A DNA stretch of 57,448 nt, counting the filler, from Sphacelaria rigidula (Eukaryota): NCBI GenBank assembly GCA_964200075.2. It is 4 parts of 4 records of this genome, joined end to end, with 100 filler letters (N's around TTAATTAATTAA, not from the genome) between each part and the next. Parts side by side here need not be neighbours in the genome. Positions count along the whole stretch, not along the records: positions 28,777 to 43,063 come from CAXNAA020002334.1; positions 43,164 to 57,448 come from CAXNAA020002335.1; 2 more parts are not named here. The stretch is one strand, 5' to 3'. How positions within the stretch are numbered: the stretch's first letter is position 1; each line of letters begins with the position of its first letter. Of this stretch, positions 39,602-52,015 are shown piece by piece. Both the position numbers and the translations under genes were made by a program. The notes below the pieces were generated by a model, which saw only the letters and a program-made list of their open reading frames with translations, was not told the origin of the DNA and made no database searches.

Positions 39602-40510
39602 TACAACAGTGCAGCACGCCTTTCCGAATGCAGCAGCAGCTGCCGCTGATACTCCCTCACATGTTCTGGGCAGTTCTCCACGACAGAGATCAGCTGCCTA
39701 TACACAGCAAGTTCGTTATCGTCGATTTCATACTACCTCACGGCCGCTTGTACCGTTTCGACAGAGGGGTACGCGGAACTCATGCCTCTAGCTCCGTCCC
39801 TCGTCCCACAGCGTTGGTAGATTTAGTCGCCTTGTGAACATGACCACATATAGAGTAGGGTACATTTGTTCCCGAACTTCCCCCGAGCACAACGTGTTAG
39901 TTTTATCAACTAGGGATTACTATGGGACGGTGACGCAAAAACATTTCGGGCGGTGGAAGGTCGGGCCTACGTGAAATGCAAGTAAATGATGAAAAAATCG
40001 GAAATCCGAGCCCCGACAACTTGGGGTTACTTTGGCTTCGAAGGCTTTTTTTTGGCCAGGGACAGGGTACACCAACTTTGCAGTGATATCACTCCCGGCG
40101 ACAGCCCTTCCCCCACTGGTCGTTCGGATATGGTCGATAAATTTCGCCTCGCCCTGATTGGACAGATGGCTCCCAGACTTGATTATGACTATTTTATGAA
40201 CACATGGTGAACATGGTGTTGGTGAACTTCAGTCCCAAAAGGGTTAATGCGATTCCCTACACGAGGATATCTTGATTCCATTCACAAGGAGAGATGGGCC
40301 TTTTAAACGGCTTAACCAAGGGTGTGAGACTCGCAAATGCGGATACATCCCTCTTAGAATGTGGCTAGCGCAAGTATTGTACAGAGCATGAATACAGTCC
40401 ACTTGCTGCCCGTGGCACTCGCCGGCGGAGACGCAAAAAATATGGTGACCCGTAAGGTTGACTAGCCATAATATTTCTGTGCCCGCCCCGTCGTCCTCTG
40501 AGGCTCGCTC

Positions 40511-41180
40511 ATGCAAGAAATGGATTTGATGCACAGCGGTCGTGAACATGGTACGGAATGTTGAGCGCGTCATAGCCTCAATTTCAGCGTCTCTCCGCGA
40601 ATATTTCCCGCAAGAAACAGTCTTTGCTTCTTCCTCGGCTTGAAGCGTCGCAGCTGATATTCCGCTCAATGTAGACTCAGATTTCAAAATATTTCCCGCG
40701 GTGTACCTATCCTTGTTTGACCTTTTCCCGCAATGTCCCACAACAGGTCCAGCGCTCGTGCAGCTGAAAATAGACACGATGTTCTCCGGTGGATCATTGA
40801 CCTCACGGCAAGCCCTGCCCATTACCAACACCAACACCAACAACAGCGGAGGTTGTCACGAAGGCCCCGAAGGGATGGACACAGACAACGGTGGCGCAGC
40901 AGCAACTGACGGCGGCATCGTTCGCGCGGAAATAGGTCCCACGTGTTACGTGTGTCGGCGGGGGATGGGTAGCGAGGGCGGGGACATTTTGTGCTTTTTT
41001 TGCGATCGAGCGGTATGTGACGGCTGCTCGCAGAGCTGCTGTGCCTGCGAACTGCCGCACTGTAGCTTATGTCTCGGTGCGGATTTTACCTCACAATTTG
41101 AGAGTTACTTTTGTCCTCCTTGCCAACAAACCAAAAGTCGCGAGGCATGTGGGGGCAGCCTGGATGGCATGTTGACCTGA
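40511..41180 (+). CDS. Small Cys-rich zinc-finger protein with a Siva-like C-terminal domain, 2 exons
   Basis: Exon 40511-40550 (MQEMDLMHSGREH, phase 1) joins exon 40747-41180. CYVCRR..CFFCDRAVCDGCSQSCCACELPHCSLCLGADF..YFCPPC has six CxxC pairs with the spacing I recall for the SIVA1 C-terminus. Confidence 0.75.
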
Positions 41181-41909
41181 TCCGGTCGGGGGTTGCTTTA
41201 TTTGGCGAAAGTGGTGTAGCCGTAGATGTTCACGTTTTGAGGACAGTATTCAAAGGATTTAAGCTCCGTCCAAGTGGTCGACAGTGTTGATAGTGAATGA
41301 TCTGTAGAGATTGGCACCAATTTATTTTGAGGTTGATATTTTTTCGTAGATGATGCATGAGTACAGGATGGATACGAACAGGGCTGCGTCTTTGCGAAGC
41401 GTGACAATCCGACATCTTCGATACCAGCGCATGTTGGCTGTCTGACAACTTCACCAACAGCACGACGAAATGAGCCGTACGCATTATTTGCGACGTGAAG
41501 TACTCTCCAGCCTGCGGGCAGTGTGCCATTAATGTTAATTGTGCTATCCACGCCGCGGCAGCGATGCGCGCGGACCTTGTATCGTGAGCATCTCCGCTGC
41601 GAAAGCAATACTATTGAAACACATTTCGCTTCAAGATGCTGACCTCTCAAAGCGGAAGTTTTGTTCATCCCAGTGTCATCAGTTTCATTAGTACGCGAGA
41701 TCCCACAAGCGTTCAGTTCGCGACAGACGCTCTAGCTGAACGTGCAGTTTCTCTGCAAGGAGCATGAGCACTGCACAACACCGTTCGGCCTGGCGAACAC
41801 ACACAAGCCATAGAACCCGCTGTACACAGCCGCAACACCTTGGTGGCGTAAGGGTCTCGAATCCCATGTTTTTAGTGAAGGGGTGTGGCCATCCTCCGAG
41901 TCGATATTC

Positions 41910-42099
41910 TTATCCCTCTTGCGTTTCGTTCATACACTGCCGGCATTCTTCTGAACAAACGCCCTCGAAGACGCGATAGTTGTGGTTGAGAGCCCGCAAA
42001 GTGTGCAGCATCATCACCGATCCCAAACACCCATGCTCACGGTCTCTGACTCCGAATATCACCCTCCGTATTCTGCTGTGCACGAGGGCCATGGCGCAC
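41910..42099 (-). CDS. TAD3: tRNA adenosine-34 deaminase subunit TAD3/ADAT3, terminal exon
   Basis: After acceptor ttacag| it reads CAMALVHSRIRRVIFG...GCLGS...LH.LRALNHNYRVF, the ADAT3 C-terminal signature. Confidence 0.92.
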
Positions 42100-43063
42100 C
42101 TGTAACAAGAACAGGAGAGCGCATCAAATTGCGGTGTAACGCTACGTGATTGCGAAGCGAAAATCATATCTGATCATCCGATCGTGTTCACCTACCGTTT
42201 GGCAGTGCGGCACATTGATACTCAAATTATTCCTCATGGAAGAAGGCCTCTGAGCTGAAAATCCTCGAATGCTCCGCAATTCAACGGTGATATAAGCCCA
42301 GGAAGAGCATGAAGAGAGCTTCTCGTCGACACTTGGGAATGAACAAACGGAAGCAATCGCCCATCTCGGGATGTCGCCAGCTAAGAAGATGGTGCTGAAG
42401 ACCTATATCTCTCCATGTCGTGCTGCGCTCGAGCGTCGACTGGATTGAGCAGACAATTTTGGGGTGTGCAGCAGTCCACAGGCCGTTCCAGCGTTTTCAC
42501 GCAATTAACCAGCAGTTGCGTTTTCGTGAATTTGAAAGTAGAGGATTCGATTCAGAGTGAAAAGCGGTCAAGTAGTGAGTGAGTCGTTTCAGTTCTGAAA
42601 TGCACTTGTACGAGGCCCGATATGCTTTCTGTACTAATAGCTTGCCACTGGGGCCCTTGATATTCCTGAAAAGGATATCGACGTGTAGCTGTGAGCATAC
42701 GCTAGTGATGAAGGCAAAGAAAAGCACCCACGGAATGAAAAATTGGAGAATTACCGAAGTCACTCTCAACCAGCGCTTTACTCTCAATCTCGCGAAAACG
42801 TCCAGTGTCAAACTGCGTCGCTTCGACGTGCACAGCACAAGCGCAGGTGCACAATCACGACTGAGCTACTGATGCCCCCCCCCCCTATGAGAAGGTTATG
42901 GTTAGACACCGATGAAGCAGTGTAAAAGCTGTGGCTGTCTCTGGAAGTGGAGATACCATAAAATAAAGCAACTCATGGTTGGCTGTCATCCAAATGCAAG
43001 ATGACCAGTAGGCTTCGGGCCAAACAATCTTAACAGGATGCAGCTCACCCTTCATGCGACTCG

Positions 43064-43163
43064 NNNNNNNNNNNNNNNNNNNNNNNNNNNNNNNNNNNNN
43101 NNNNNNNTTAATTAATTAANNNNNNNNNNNNNNNNNNNNNNNNNNNNNNNNNNNNNNNNNNNN
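43064..43163. other. Artificial scaffold linker
   Basis: N44-TTAATTAATTAA-N44. Confidence 0.98.
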
Positions 43164-43306
43164 TTTCGATTCACGTGAAGATTTTGCCTCGCAAAACCAT
43201 GCACTTTTGGGGGGGGGGGCTATCGTAGAAAGTGTCTTGACAGCAATGGCCATATTGATATATGCCCAAAAACGTATTATTTGCGGCAGAGGCTACCGAT
43301 AGACGG

Positions 43307-43428
43307 CTCACCGAATCTATTGATGACGGTGATTGGTATTGGTGGATGACTCACCTAATCTATTGATGACGGCGATGACTATTGATGGATGCCTCACCAA
43401 ATCTATTGATGAAGGCAATGACTATCGA
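43307..43428. repeat. Minisatellite, ~43-bp unit x ~3
   Basis: ctcacc.aatctattgatga.gg..at... recurs three times. Confidence 0.85.
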
Positions 43429-43953
43429 TATATACATCCCAGAATCACGATTTCCATCGATGTTGAGTAATCTGTATCTTTTGCAAGGGTCGGACAAATA
43501 ATGATTCGTCTGAAAATTACTTGGTTTTAGTATGATGAGTCGACTCGNNNNNNNNNNCTTTTGGGCAGTCAGGCCGATGAAATCGTGAATTTGGTGATTT
43601 TGAGTCGTGATGACTTGTCCTAACCGTGATCTTTTGTAAATGTCATAGGCTCGACTATTGTAACATCCACTGTCCCTTGAAATACATATCAATAGATGTG
43701 TCTGACCATCTATCGTGTTCGACAATATATATATATATATCGATAGGTTCTCCCCCGTGTCTACTGCTGAAGCAAGACTATTATTGTGTCCAATGTACGG
43801 AGTGTTTACGATTGTCGATACCGCTGCATATGACTATACACATGATGTGATTCGCGTTGGTACGGTAGACCATAGCGGGATAGACAAAGCCGTGCGTTCT
43901 ACCGTACAGAATAGCTGGCCCGTGATGCGCTAAGCGGTGGAGTGCGCGAACCA

Positions 43954-44310
43954 TGTGTGTGTTGTCGTCCCATCTATTCTGGACGCCGGTCTACACCTTT
44001 CGATGTATGCGCACCAGCGGGGGTCACACAGGAGGAAGGTCAACACAGGCGTCATTTCCATTTTTTGTTTGTTTCTTGTCCTCCGCCTTCCTTCTGCGGT
44101 GCTGCCATTCTTTTCTTTTTTTCATCGAGAGAGGGGTACAGCAGTCCCTTTCCCTTGTCGACCGTTAAGTCGATTTTGTGTACCCACGACATAGTCGCTC
44201 TCCACTGTTGGGCATGGTGAGAAAAAGTACCAGATCGCTCCGAGATTTGAACCAACGACCCAAGCGTCAGAAGGTTCCGAGGTTACCAACTGAGCCACCG
44301 GGGCGACCGG
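43954..44310 (-). mobile_element. tRNA-derived SINE family 1, copy 6
   Basis: Full length: CCGGTCGCCCCGGTGGCTCAGTTGG head, GGTTCAAATC B box and (CA)n tail. Confidence 0.9.
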
Positions 44311-44592
44311 TTATGTGATGATCATGGAGGCATGATTCGACAAGCACACTGCGGTAAATAGTCGTGTTATTTATCATACTCGTATAAATTTGCAGCGTAC
44401 GATCGAAGATGGTATTATACCTTGAATCTCAATGTGGCATCGCCTGTTATAGTAATCAAGAAGTAGGGGAAGCCCATCCCGAGGCGGCGAGGGGGGGGGG
44501 GGGGGGGGGGGGGCCACCCCCCCCCCCCGCCCGGCGGGGGGGGGGGGGGGGGGGGGCAGAGNNNNNNNNNNGGTTGGGAGGGGGGGGGGGAA

Positions 44593-44650
<58 letters not shown>

Positions 44651-45181
44651 CTCAACACCGCCACCCTGCCGCTGTATGGTGGTGAGAGTCTGGTAGATGA
44701 CGTGCCTCCTAGTCTGTCAAGGACTACAGTACGCACTACTACTGTATGTACCATCATACCACTGTTCTGTAATGGCTTCACAGTATGTTGTCAGGGACAG
44801 CACCCGAATCTGTCCGCAACCTCTGGAGAAGCCTATCATGTTACAGCATGGTCTTTCTGACTTTGATGGAGTACAAAAAATCACTACTGAAACCAGAGGC
44901 CATATTCTGTGCAGTGTAGCTCGTGTGCCCCCCGGTTGGGTGGAACATACGCATACGATTTCGGGCTGACGGGGTCATGCGCTACGACAAAGGGGTTGGG
45001 CCGTACCTTCGTACACATTGTCATACAAAATACAAAGATGTCCCGAGACGATAAGGACTGAGGTCGTATTCTGTTATCTGCATTATGCTCTCAATTCAAA
45101 CTTTTGCCATTTTCAGTTCACGTGGGCTGTCCACCTGGAAGTGATATAAGTCGTCTCGTTGTACTCGGCCGTGGGTAACAG

Positions 45182-46210
45182 TCACTTCCGCTCGAGGAGG
45201 GAGCATTCCCTCGTCCAGCCCTGCAGATTTTTCAAAAACAGACATCATACGAACAAACGCAAAATCACCGCGATGCAGGAAGCAGCGATCCGTCAAGAAC
45301 GGGCATACAAAAACAGAAAACGATGACAACGGTACGGCAACGGTTGCACAACCGTACAACAAAAAGGTGCGGCGCAAAACCATTCAGTCCCAGACAACAC
45401 TGGAAGCACCAGACAACACTGGAAGCACTTTGGGGCAAGGGTCCAACTTCAGAGGTATCACAGCGCAAACAGCACGCAGCTAGAAAGGGCTCCTGCCAAT
45501 AAGGGACGCACGTCTACCATCGCCCCGGGCTTGCATCAATACACCATTTTGCAATAGGTACTGAGACCTCACGGTACTACTGTACTGTTCAACCACTGCT
45601 GTGTCGTCGTGCTTTGCTGTACTCTCACCAAGGACCACGCCAACAGCCACCAGAAAGATGTACACGTAGGCCGAGAAAACGCGTGTGCTTGGTAAGCCGC
45701 ACCCCTGCTTCGCGCCAACCTTCATGCTCCTTTCGCTCATCTGGACGGTATCCAGGAGAGCACTCTTGCCCTGAATCGACGCCGAAGCGGCGAGGATTGC
45801 TGTTGCGTTGTCCCTGGTTGTCCTCTCCGTCTCAAGCGAACCGGGTATTTTGAGGACAGCGGGTCCGATCCATTCCGTCGTCGAACCGAGTTGAAATAGT
45901 ACCATCGCACCGGGTGGAGGGTTTAGTGTGCTTTCGAGCGGGATCACAACAGCCAGGCCTGGGCGTATATTGCACACAGCTTTCTACCTGGAAAAGAGGG
46001 GCGGAGACGAGGAATCCCTGCTTCGCTTCGTCCCGTTGGCTGTGAATCTGCGCAATTTATTCCATCAATTCGTTGTGCAAAGGGGGGGAAGGGGCGCAAG
46101 TGGTGAGGAGGAGACTTGGTCGCTGCTGCTGGACAATACCAGGCAGGAGGCCTCCATCTCTTTAGCACCAACAGTATTTCTCGATCTCTCTCAGGGCCGG
46201 AGTCGATCGT
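45182..46210 (-). CDS. Possible hypothetical gene divergent from XPO1 (start not found)
   Basis: Candidate exons 46210-45988, 45958-45720 and 45220-45182 join in frame with GT-AG borders, but the model needs a 29-nt intron; no domain recognised. Confidence 0.3.
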
Positions 46211-47094
46211 CTGAACAGGTCGTGTGAGGAAACGGAGGGAGTGCGTATTGTGTGCGGAGCAGGTGTGTGCTGCATGGGATTGGGTTGATTGATTGCCATG
46301 ATGATGTTTGTTTTTTGGGAGGGAGAGAACGGAGCATCATTGAATTGCTAGATGATCAATTAGCCCCCACCATCGAAAAGGCCAGTCGGAAGGTTAGCGG
46401 GTGCGTTCGTTTGGGAGGTCAGGAATGTGTGCGCAAACAGAAGGTTGAACTCGAACGAAACACAACTTGTTACAAGGGTGTATTTTACACGACAGCCCCC
46501 GAGCCAACCGGAGGAAAGCTATCGCATTGGCCATGGGCTTGTGTGCCTGTCGTTACTACCAAAGGAAATACTTCTCGCTTCTGTGGTTGCCCGAAAGCAA
46601 CACTCAACAACCGCCCTTGATTCAATTGCCAGTGTTGGGTTTCTCGGCCTTGACAGGTATGTGCTGAGTCGATTGCTTCACATGTCGTTGACCTTTTTGC
46701 TCGTTCAGGCCGGTCCCCTATACTAAAATCGAGTGATAATTTGTAGCCTCAGCTTCGAGCTCCCCTGTGCAGCGATCTACCGAACACACCAGTACTCGCT
46801 CTTAGTGACTGTTTGCGCAATGTTTTTTCTCATCGCCCCTGGTTTGCTGGTGGGTTACCAACACCCTAGGCACAATATGTATTGCACAGATGTAGTCTTG
46901 ACACCTCTGCAGAAGCTAAGGGGAGAGCCTCAGCACACAATACTACATCCTTCTTGCACGCGCACACGAGAAATGTTGCATGTTCCTTCTTTTTTGCATG
47001 TTCCGTTGTCGCGATTGCTCTTCTCTCTTTTGACGATGCTACACCTCATGTACAGCAAGGAAGGTAAATAGAGCGAGAGTGAGGGCGTTGGAAG

Positions 47095-50000
47095 ATGGAG
47101 GCTACGGCTGCAAAGTTGATGGACTTTTCCCAGCCGATGGACGTCCCCTTACTGGATCAAGTGGTGACCACAGCGTTCGATGCTAGCCATCCGCAGGTGA
47201 GAGAGGCACGGCACAATCTTGAGTTCGGGTAGAAAGGAGTCTGCTTCGAACCCCCATGCTCACAACGGCCCCATGCGTGATACAGTCAATCGACAAGACA
47301 CTGACGGTTGCAGATAGCTGTTTGCTGTACTGCCTGTAGGTGCAGGCTATGGTCCGGATGACCCTTCCGCGCGGCGCACTTCAGTTACGAAAACATGCAC
47401 ATTGGGGGGTGGCCGTTATTATTGTAAGCTGTTGTCTTTGCCCTGTGTGTTGTTCTGTTGGTACAGCAGGCTACTTATAATATTACAGTTAATCTCATCA
47501 ACCGTCACGTACGTGCAGCGTTTGGCGCCAGAGAGTTGCTTGAAGGACAGCGAGCGCTGAAACGACGCGGCACATCCCCGACGTTCTTCGCCGATGATGT
47601 GATGCAAACACTCTGTCAATCTTGTCACAAAACAGTACGGTGGACTTCATGCCCCTCGGAGTATGTGACCGCCCGTCGCCATTGTGAATATGTCTTGCGG
47701 TAGTGATGTATCTAATCCACGCGGTAGCTTTCCGTTTCGTCAGCGGACCAGCCTGATATCGCCATTGTAGCTAGCCTGCGCGTGATGAGGGCTGTCGTTT
47801 GTACGGCAGCATCTCGTGTGTATAAGCTTCTCAGCTGGGCGAGGAATAGTGAGTTGGACCACCCTTCCTGCAGTAAACGTTACGTACCGCAGTGAACGTT
47901 ATGCATCTCAGTGCACAGAGCATGGTCGTTTTGTTCGGTGTGCAGGTATCGTGACGACAGACGATGGGCCTTCCTCTCACGGCCACACTACCGTACCGTT
48001 TGATGCCAGTTTTACGGGTCCTATTGCCATCATCCACCTTCGAAAAATTGAAGCCTGGGAGTCACAACCAAATACTTCATACTTCCAATCCCGGAGTCCA
48101 GCCCACGCCTTGCTGTAATGTACTGATTCTTGTATCCAAATTTGGAACTTGGATAACTCCTGACAAGCGACACACCCCCATCTCCATTGTAGCACAAGTG
48201 TATCTGCGGCCGTCAGTCGTCGTCAGTTATCTGGAAATTTTCCACACCCTGGACAAAATGTGGTCTACAGATGCGATAGACAAAAAATGTTTTGGGTCGA
48301 GTATGGGCCTACTGCAACTGTTGTCGGTCGTTGATAGTTGCAATAGGCCTATAGTTTACCCAGTACATACGTCGTCTAGTGTATTGATTGACCACTCAAT
48401 TGTTCAGGGTGTGAAACATTCCAGAGTTTCTTGAAAAATTCACGTATGCGAAATGTCAATCTTTCCCCACGTTTCGACGGATATCCGCCCCCAAGCTGAA
48501 AGTGTTGAGTAGCCATCGAAACCACGGTAGGTGAGTGACTAGCTGAGATTCCCCTGGAAACGATGCACCAAGCGGTTCTCAGAACACCTCCGTCTGGTGT
48601 GAATCAGAATTCACCAGTGTTGAAAAACGCGACCTTCGCCCTCACAATGTATGGAAATGTATTATGGGCAGACGTACTTGAGGTAGTCAAATTAGGGTAG
48701 AGAGTTACGAGCCGAACCCAAAAAATATCTGGAAAGCGATCCCTGAAACCCTACCCCCAATTTATGTTATTTGGGTAAGTTTGTGTTGTGTGTTGTCGTC
48801 CCATCTATTCTGAGCGCCTGTCTACACCTTTCGGTATACGTGGGCGCAGCAGCCGGGGTCACACAGGAGGAAGGTCAACACAGGAGCTTTTTCTCTTCTG
48901 TTTGTTTTTAGTACCCCACCTTCCTCCTGCGGTGCTCCCCTTTATTTTTTATCGCGAAAGAGGTACAGCAGTCCCTTTCCCTCGTCGACCGTGAAGTCGA
49001 TTTTTGTGTACCCACGACATAGTCGCTCTTCTCTGTTGGGCATGGTGTGAGAAAAAATCCCAGATCGCTCCGAGATTTGAACCCACGACCCAACCGTCTG
49101 AAGGTTTCGAGGTTACCACCTGAGCCACCGGGGTATGACTTTCAAAATACCCCGCAATTGTGTACACTCTACTCGGCCTGCCCCTGATACTCGTATACTC
49201 AATTGCGGGGTATTTTGAAATACGCACTTGAGGTACTCGCATCAGGGTAGAGTGTTACAAGAGCAGGTTGAGTAGAGTATACTCTATTGCGGGGTATTTT
49301 GCAAGACGTACTTGAGATACTCAAACTAGGGAAGAGAGTTGGAAGTCGTACCCAAAAAATAACGGGAAATCGGTCCCCAAAACCCTACCCCCCATTTGTG
49401 TACTTCAAGTACGAGTTTCAAAATACCCCGCAATTGAGTATACTCTGCCCAACCTGCTCTTGGAGTGTTAGGAGTCGTACACAAGAAATAACTGGAAAGC
49501 GATCCCTGAAACTCCACCCCCATTTTGTATACTCGTACTTCAAGTACGACTTTCAAAATACCCCGCAATAGAGTATACTCCACTCGACCTGCCCTTGAAA
49601 TATATGTATCGAAAATAGTATAGAGAAGCGGCTGCTGTTTGTCGATGCTGTAGTGCGGTGTAAAGTGGCTTCGAAAGTGATCCCCGCGATGTGGGAACCT
49701 GTCAACCCTTGAATCCGCGCTACCTCAACAGAGCTGCTGCCATAATCGCCCGTGCTCAGTGCTCCGATTTGGGTGGTGTTTCCGTTTTTTGGATGTCGTG
49801 AAAAGGCAGTTCGTGAGTCCAAGCCACATTAAAATCGACTCGCAGATCCTGCCCTTATTAAGCTCCCTCTGTCCAGTGTCTCAAAATGCCCTTCATTTCG
49901 GACTCTATATCTCGCCATCTGTTTTCAACAGCGTAACGATGCCAACATCCTCCTGATGAGGATGAAGGAGAGCCCCGACATGTGGACGCAGGCTGGCACA

Positions 50001-51981
50001 ATCCTGGAGCAATCTCAGAGTCCGCATACGAGATTCTTCGGACTGCAGGTGCGGTTAACAGCACAGTTGCATTGCTGTAGTGTTCGGTATGTACAAGTAC
50101 GTGCTCGAATGACAATACCACAGCCCTGGGCTTTCATTTCGACCTTCACCCAATGAGCGTCGATCCTTTTGGACGCACTTGAGGTGCACTACTGGAAATA
50201 TTTCGATAACGACCTCTATTGTCAAACAGAGAACATGGTGGAAGTAAAGGGATGATGGACATGAAATACACGGCATGTGGTCATTGAGAGTAGTAGTGCT
50301 TGCACGCGGAGGAGAGCAGATGGGCTTTGGCGTCGAAGGTACGGTCGTTGAAGGTCTCGCGGTGATTTTGTTCCGGAAAGAGGCAGAATTTTACCGTCGC
50401 CGATGGAGGCTGGCGCACATTTATTTTGTTCACTCATTGATATACCGTATACGCTGATAATTCACGCTTTTTTCGCTGGTACATGCCCACATGTACTCTT
50501 AGCTCGAACACTTCTGCTACTGTTTTTCTGCACTCGAAATAAATATTTTGGTACGAGTCATGGTTCACGCGCGGCATGTCGATGGCAGCGGCCTTTCTTA
50601 TGTAGGCGTTCTTCTCCAAAGCAAGTTGTTCTGAATTTCCCCGAAAGCCAGCGTGTGCAACGTCCAAATAGGAGTCCGGGTGATGCAAGGGGTTTGCTGA
50701 GGACTGCCTCATGCACAGAACCATAACGTTGTGTGAGCATAGAATGAACGTCCTAGTCGTGACTCGCCCAAGGCACCGGGCGGTAAAAAATCCGCATCGT
50801 GTTAAACCTTTTTCGCTACTAAGCAATGCCGAGGGTGTCCACAGATTCTGAATCCACACATGGGAAGAGAGTCGAAAATCGTGATCAGAGTGCCAGTGGA
50901 GTATGGCGCAGGTATGGACTGTGGAAAGCAGCGAGAGCTCGTTGGAATTTCGTCCAACATGATGAGTGGTGGACATGTACAAGAAAAGCGGCGAGAGGTC
51001 CGACACAACCGGTGCTGTAGTTGCTCATGTGGCGTGCGCGCAAGACTCGTGGCGGTACCGACAGCACGCCAAGAGGTCCTGCACGTCCCCCTGGAGTCCT
51101 CGCGGGCGGAGAGTGTTCCTTTGGAATGACGCGTTTGCATACATGTGTAGTCCGAAGCCAGGAAAGAAGAGGAAGGCTGAGCTCTTGGTTCCAAATTCGG
51201 CGAAGAGAAGAGGACGGGAAGGGGGCAGGGGACGAGATATCTGGGTGATGGTGCCTAATGAAAGCAGATATTTCGTAGGTGGGACATGAACACGTGCGTG
51301 AACCGAACGTGTGCGACCCGAGATCCACAGCGCAGAAACGTCCTTATTCAGTTATCGAGCATGCGATCCGGATGCTCCCTGCCCCGGTGGCTGCTGTTGA
51401 ACGTGAGCACGTACGTGTCCATGTTGTGCGTGTACACGCCGCGACTGTACCACGTACGGAAGATGTGCTGTCATCATGTACTGTTGTGGATCTCGGGTCG
51501 CGTGTGTTCGGGGCCAGCAGGAGACGCAAAAGCGTCATGGGTCCTTCTGCTGCTCGTGTTGCTCGTGGTGGTCGGCGGCGCGTTTGATCTGTCTGTTGTT
51601 GGTGTTGATGAATGGGCCTGTACGGGGAGCCCTGTGCGAACTCTCGTCCATGTTGATGTCAACGGCCAGCACGCGATTGTAGGCACCACCCGTGGTGAGC
51701 GGTCGAATTCCGCGAGGGTCGACCGTGTCGTCGTCCAGGTGGTTTGAAGGGAACACTCTCTCATTTTTTAGGATGCACTGCATCCCCTCCCCTTCAAGTT
51801 CTTTACGGGAGAGGTTGAGGGGGGGGGGGGGGGGGGGCCCCTGCTGGGTATTTTTTTAAACCACCCGTTTTTGTGGGGGGGGGGGCGTACCTTCCCCCCA
51901 GGGGNNNNNNNNNNGGGGGTGGTGACCCACACTTACTATTTATGTGCCGACCCCCCCCCCCCCACGCCCGCTCGGGGCGCT

Positions 51982-52015
<34 letters not shown>

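Noticed and set aside
43307..43428. CRISPR-like array
   Set aside because: The units are contiguous degenerate tandem repeats without unique spacers, in a eukaryotic context with no cas genes.
44480..44650. Poly-Pro/poly-Gly ORFs and G-quadruplex-like tract
   Set aside because: Long G/C homopolymers flank a 10-N gap, as at 51820-52015 and at scaffold ends; probably sequencing or assembly noise.
33042..47196. Functional gene cluster linking TRX, Siva-like, TAD3 and XPO1 (or GLO1)
   Set aside because: The genes lie on unrelated scaffolds joined artificially and have unrelated housekeeping roles.
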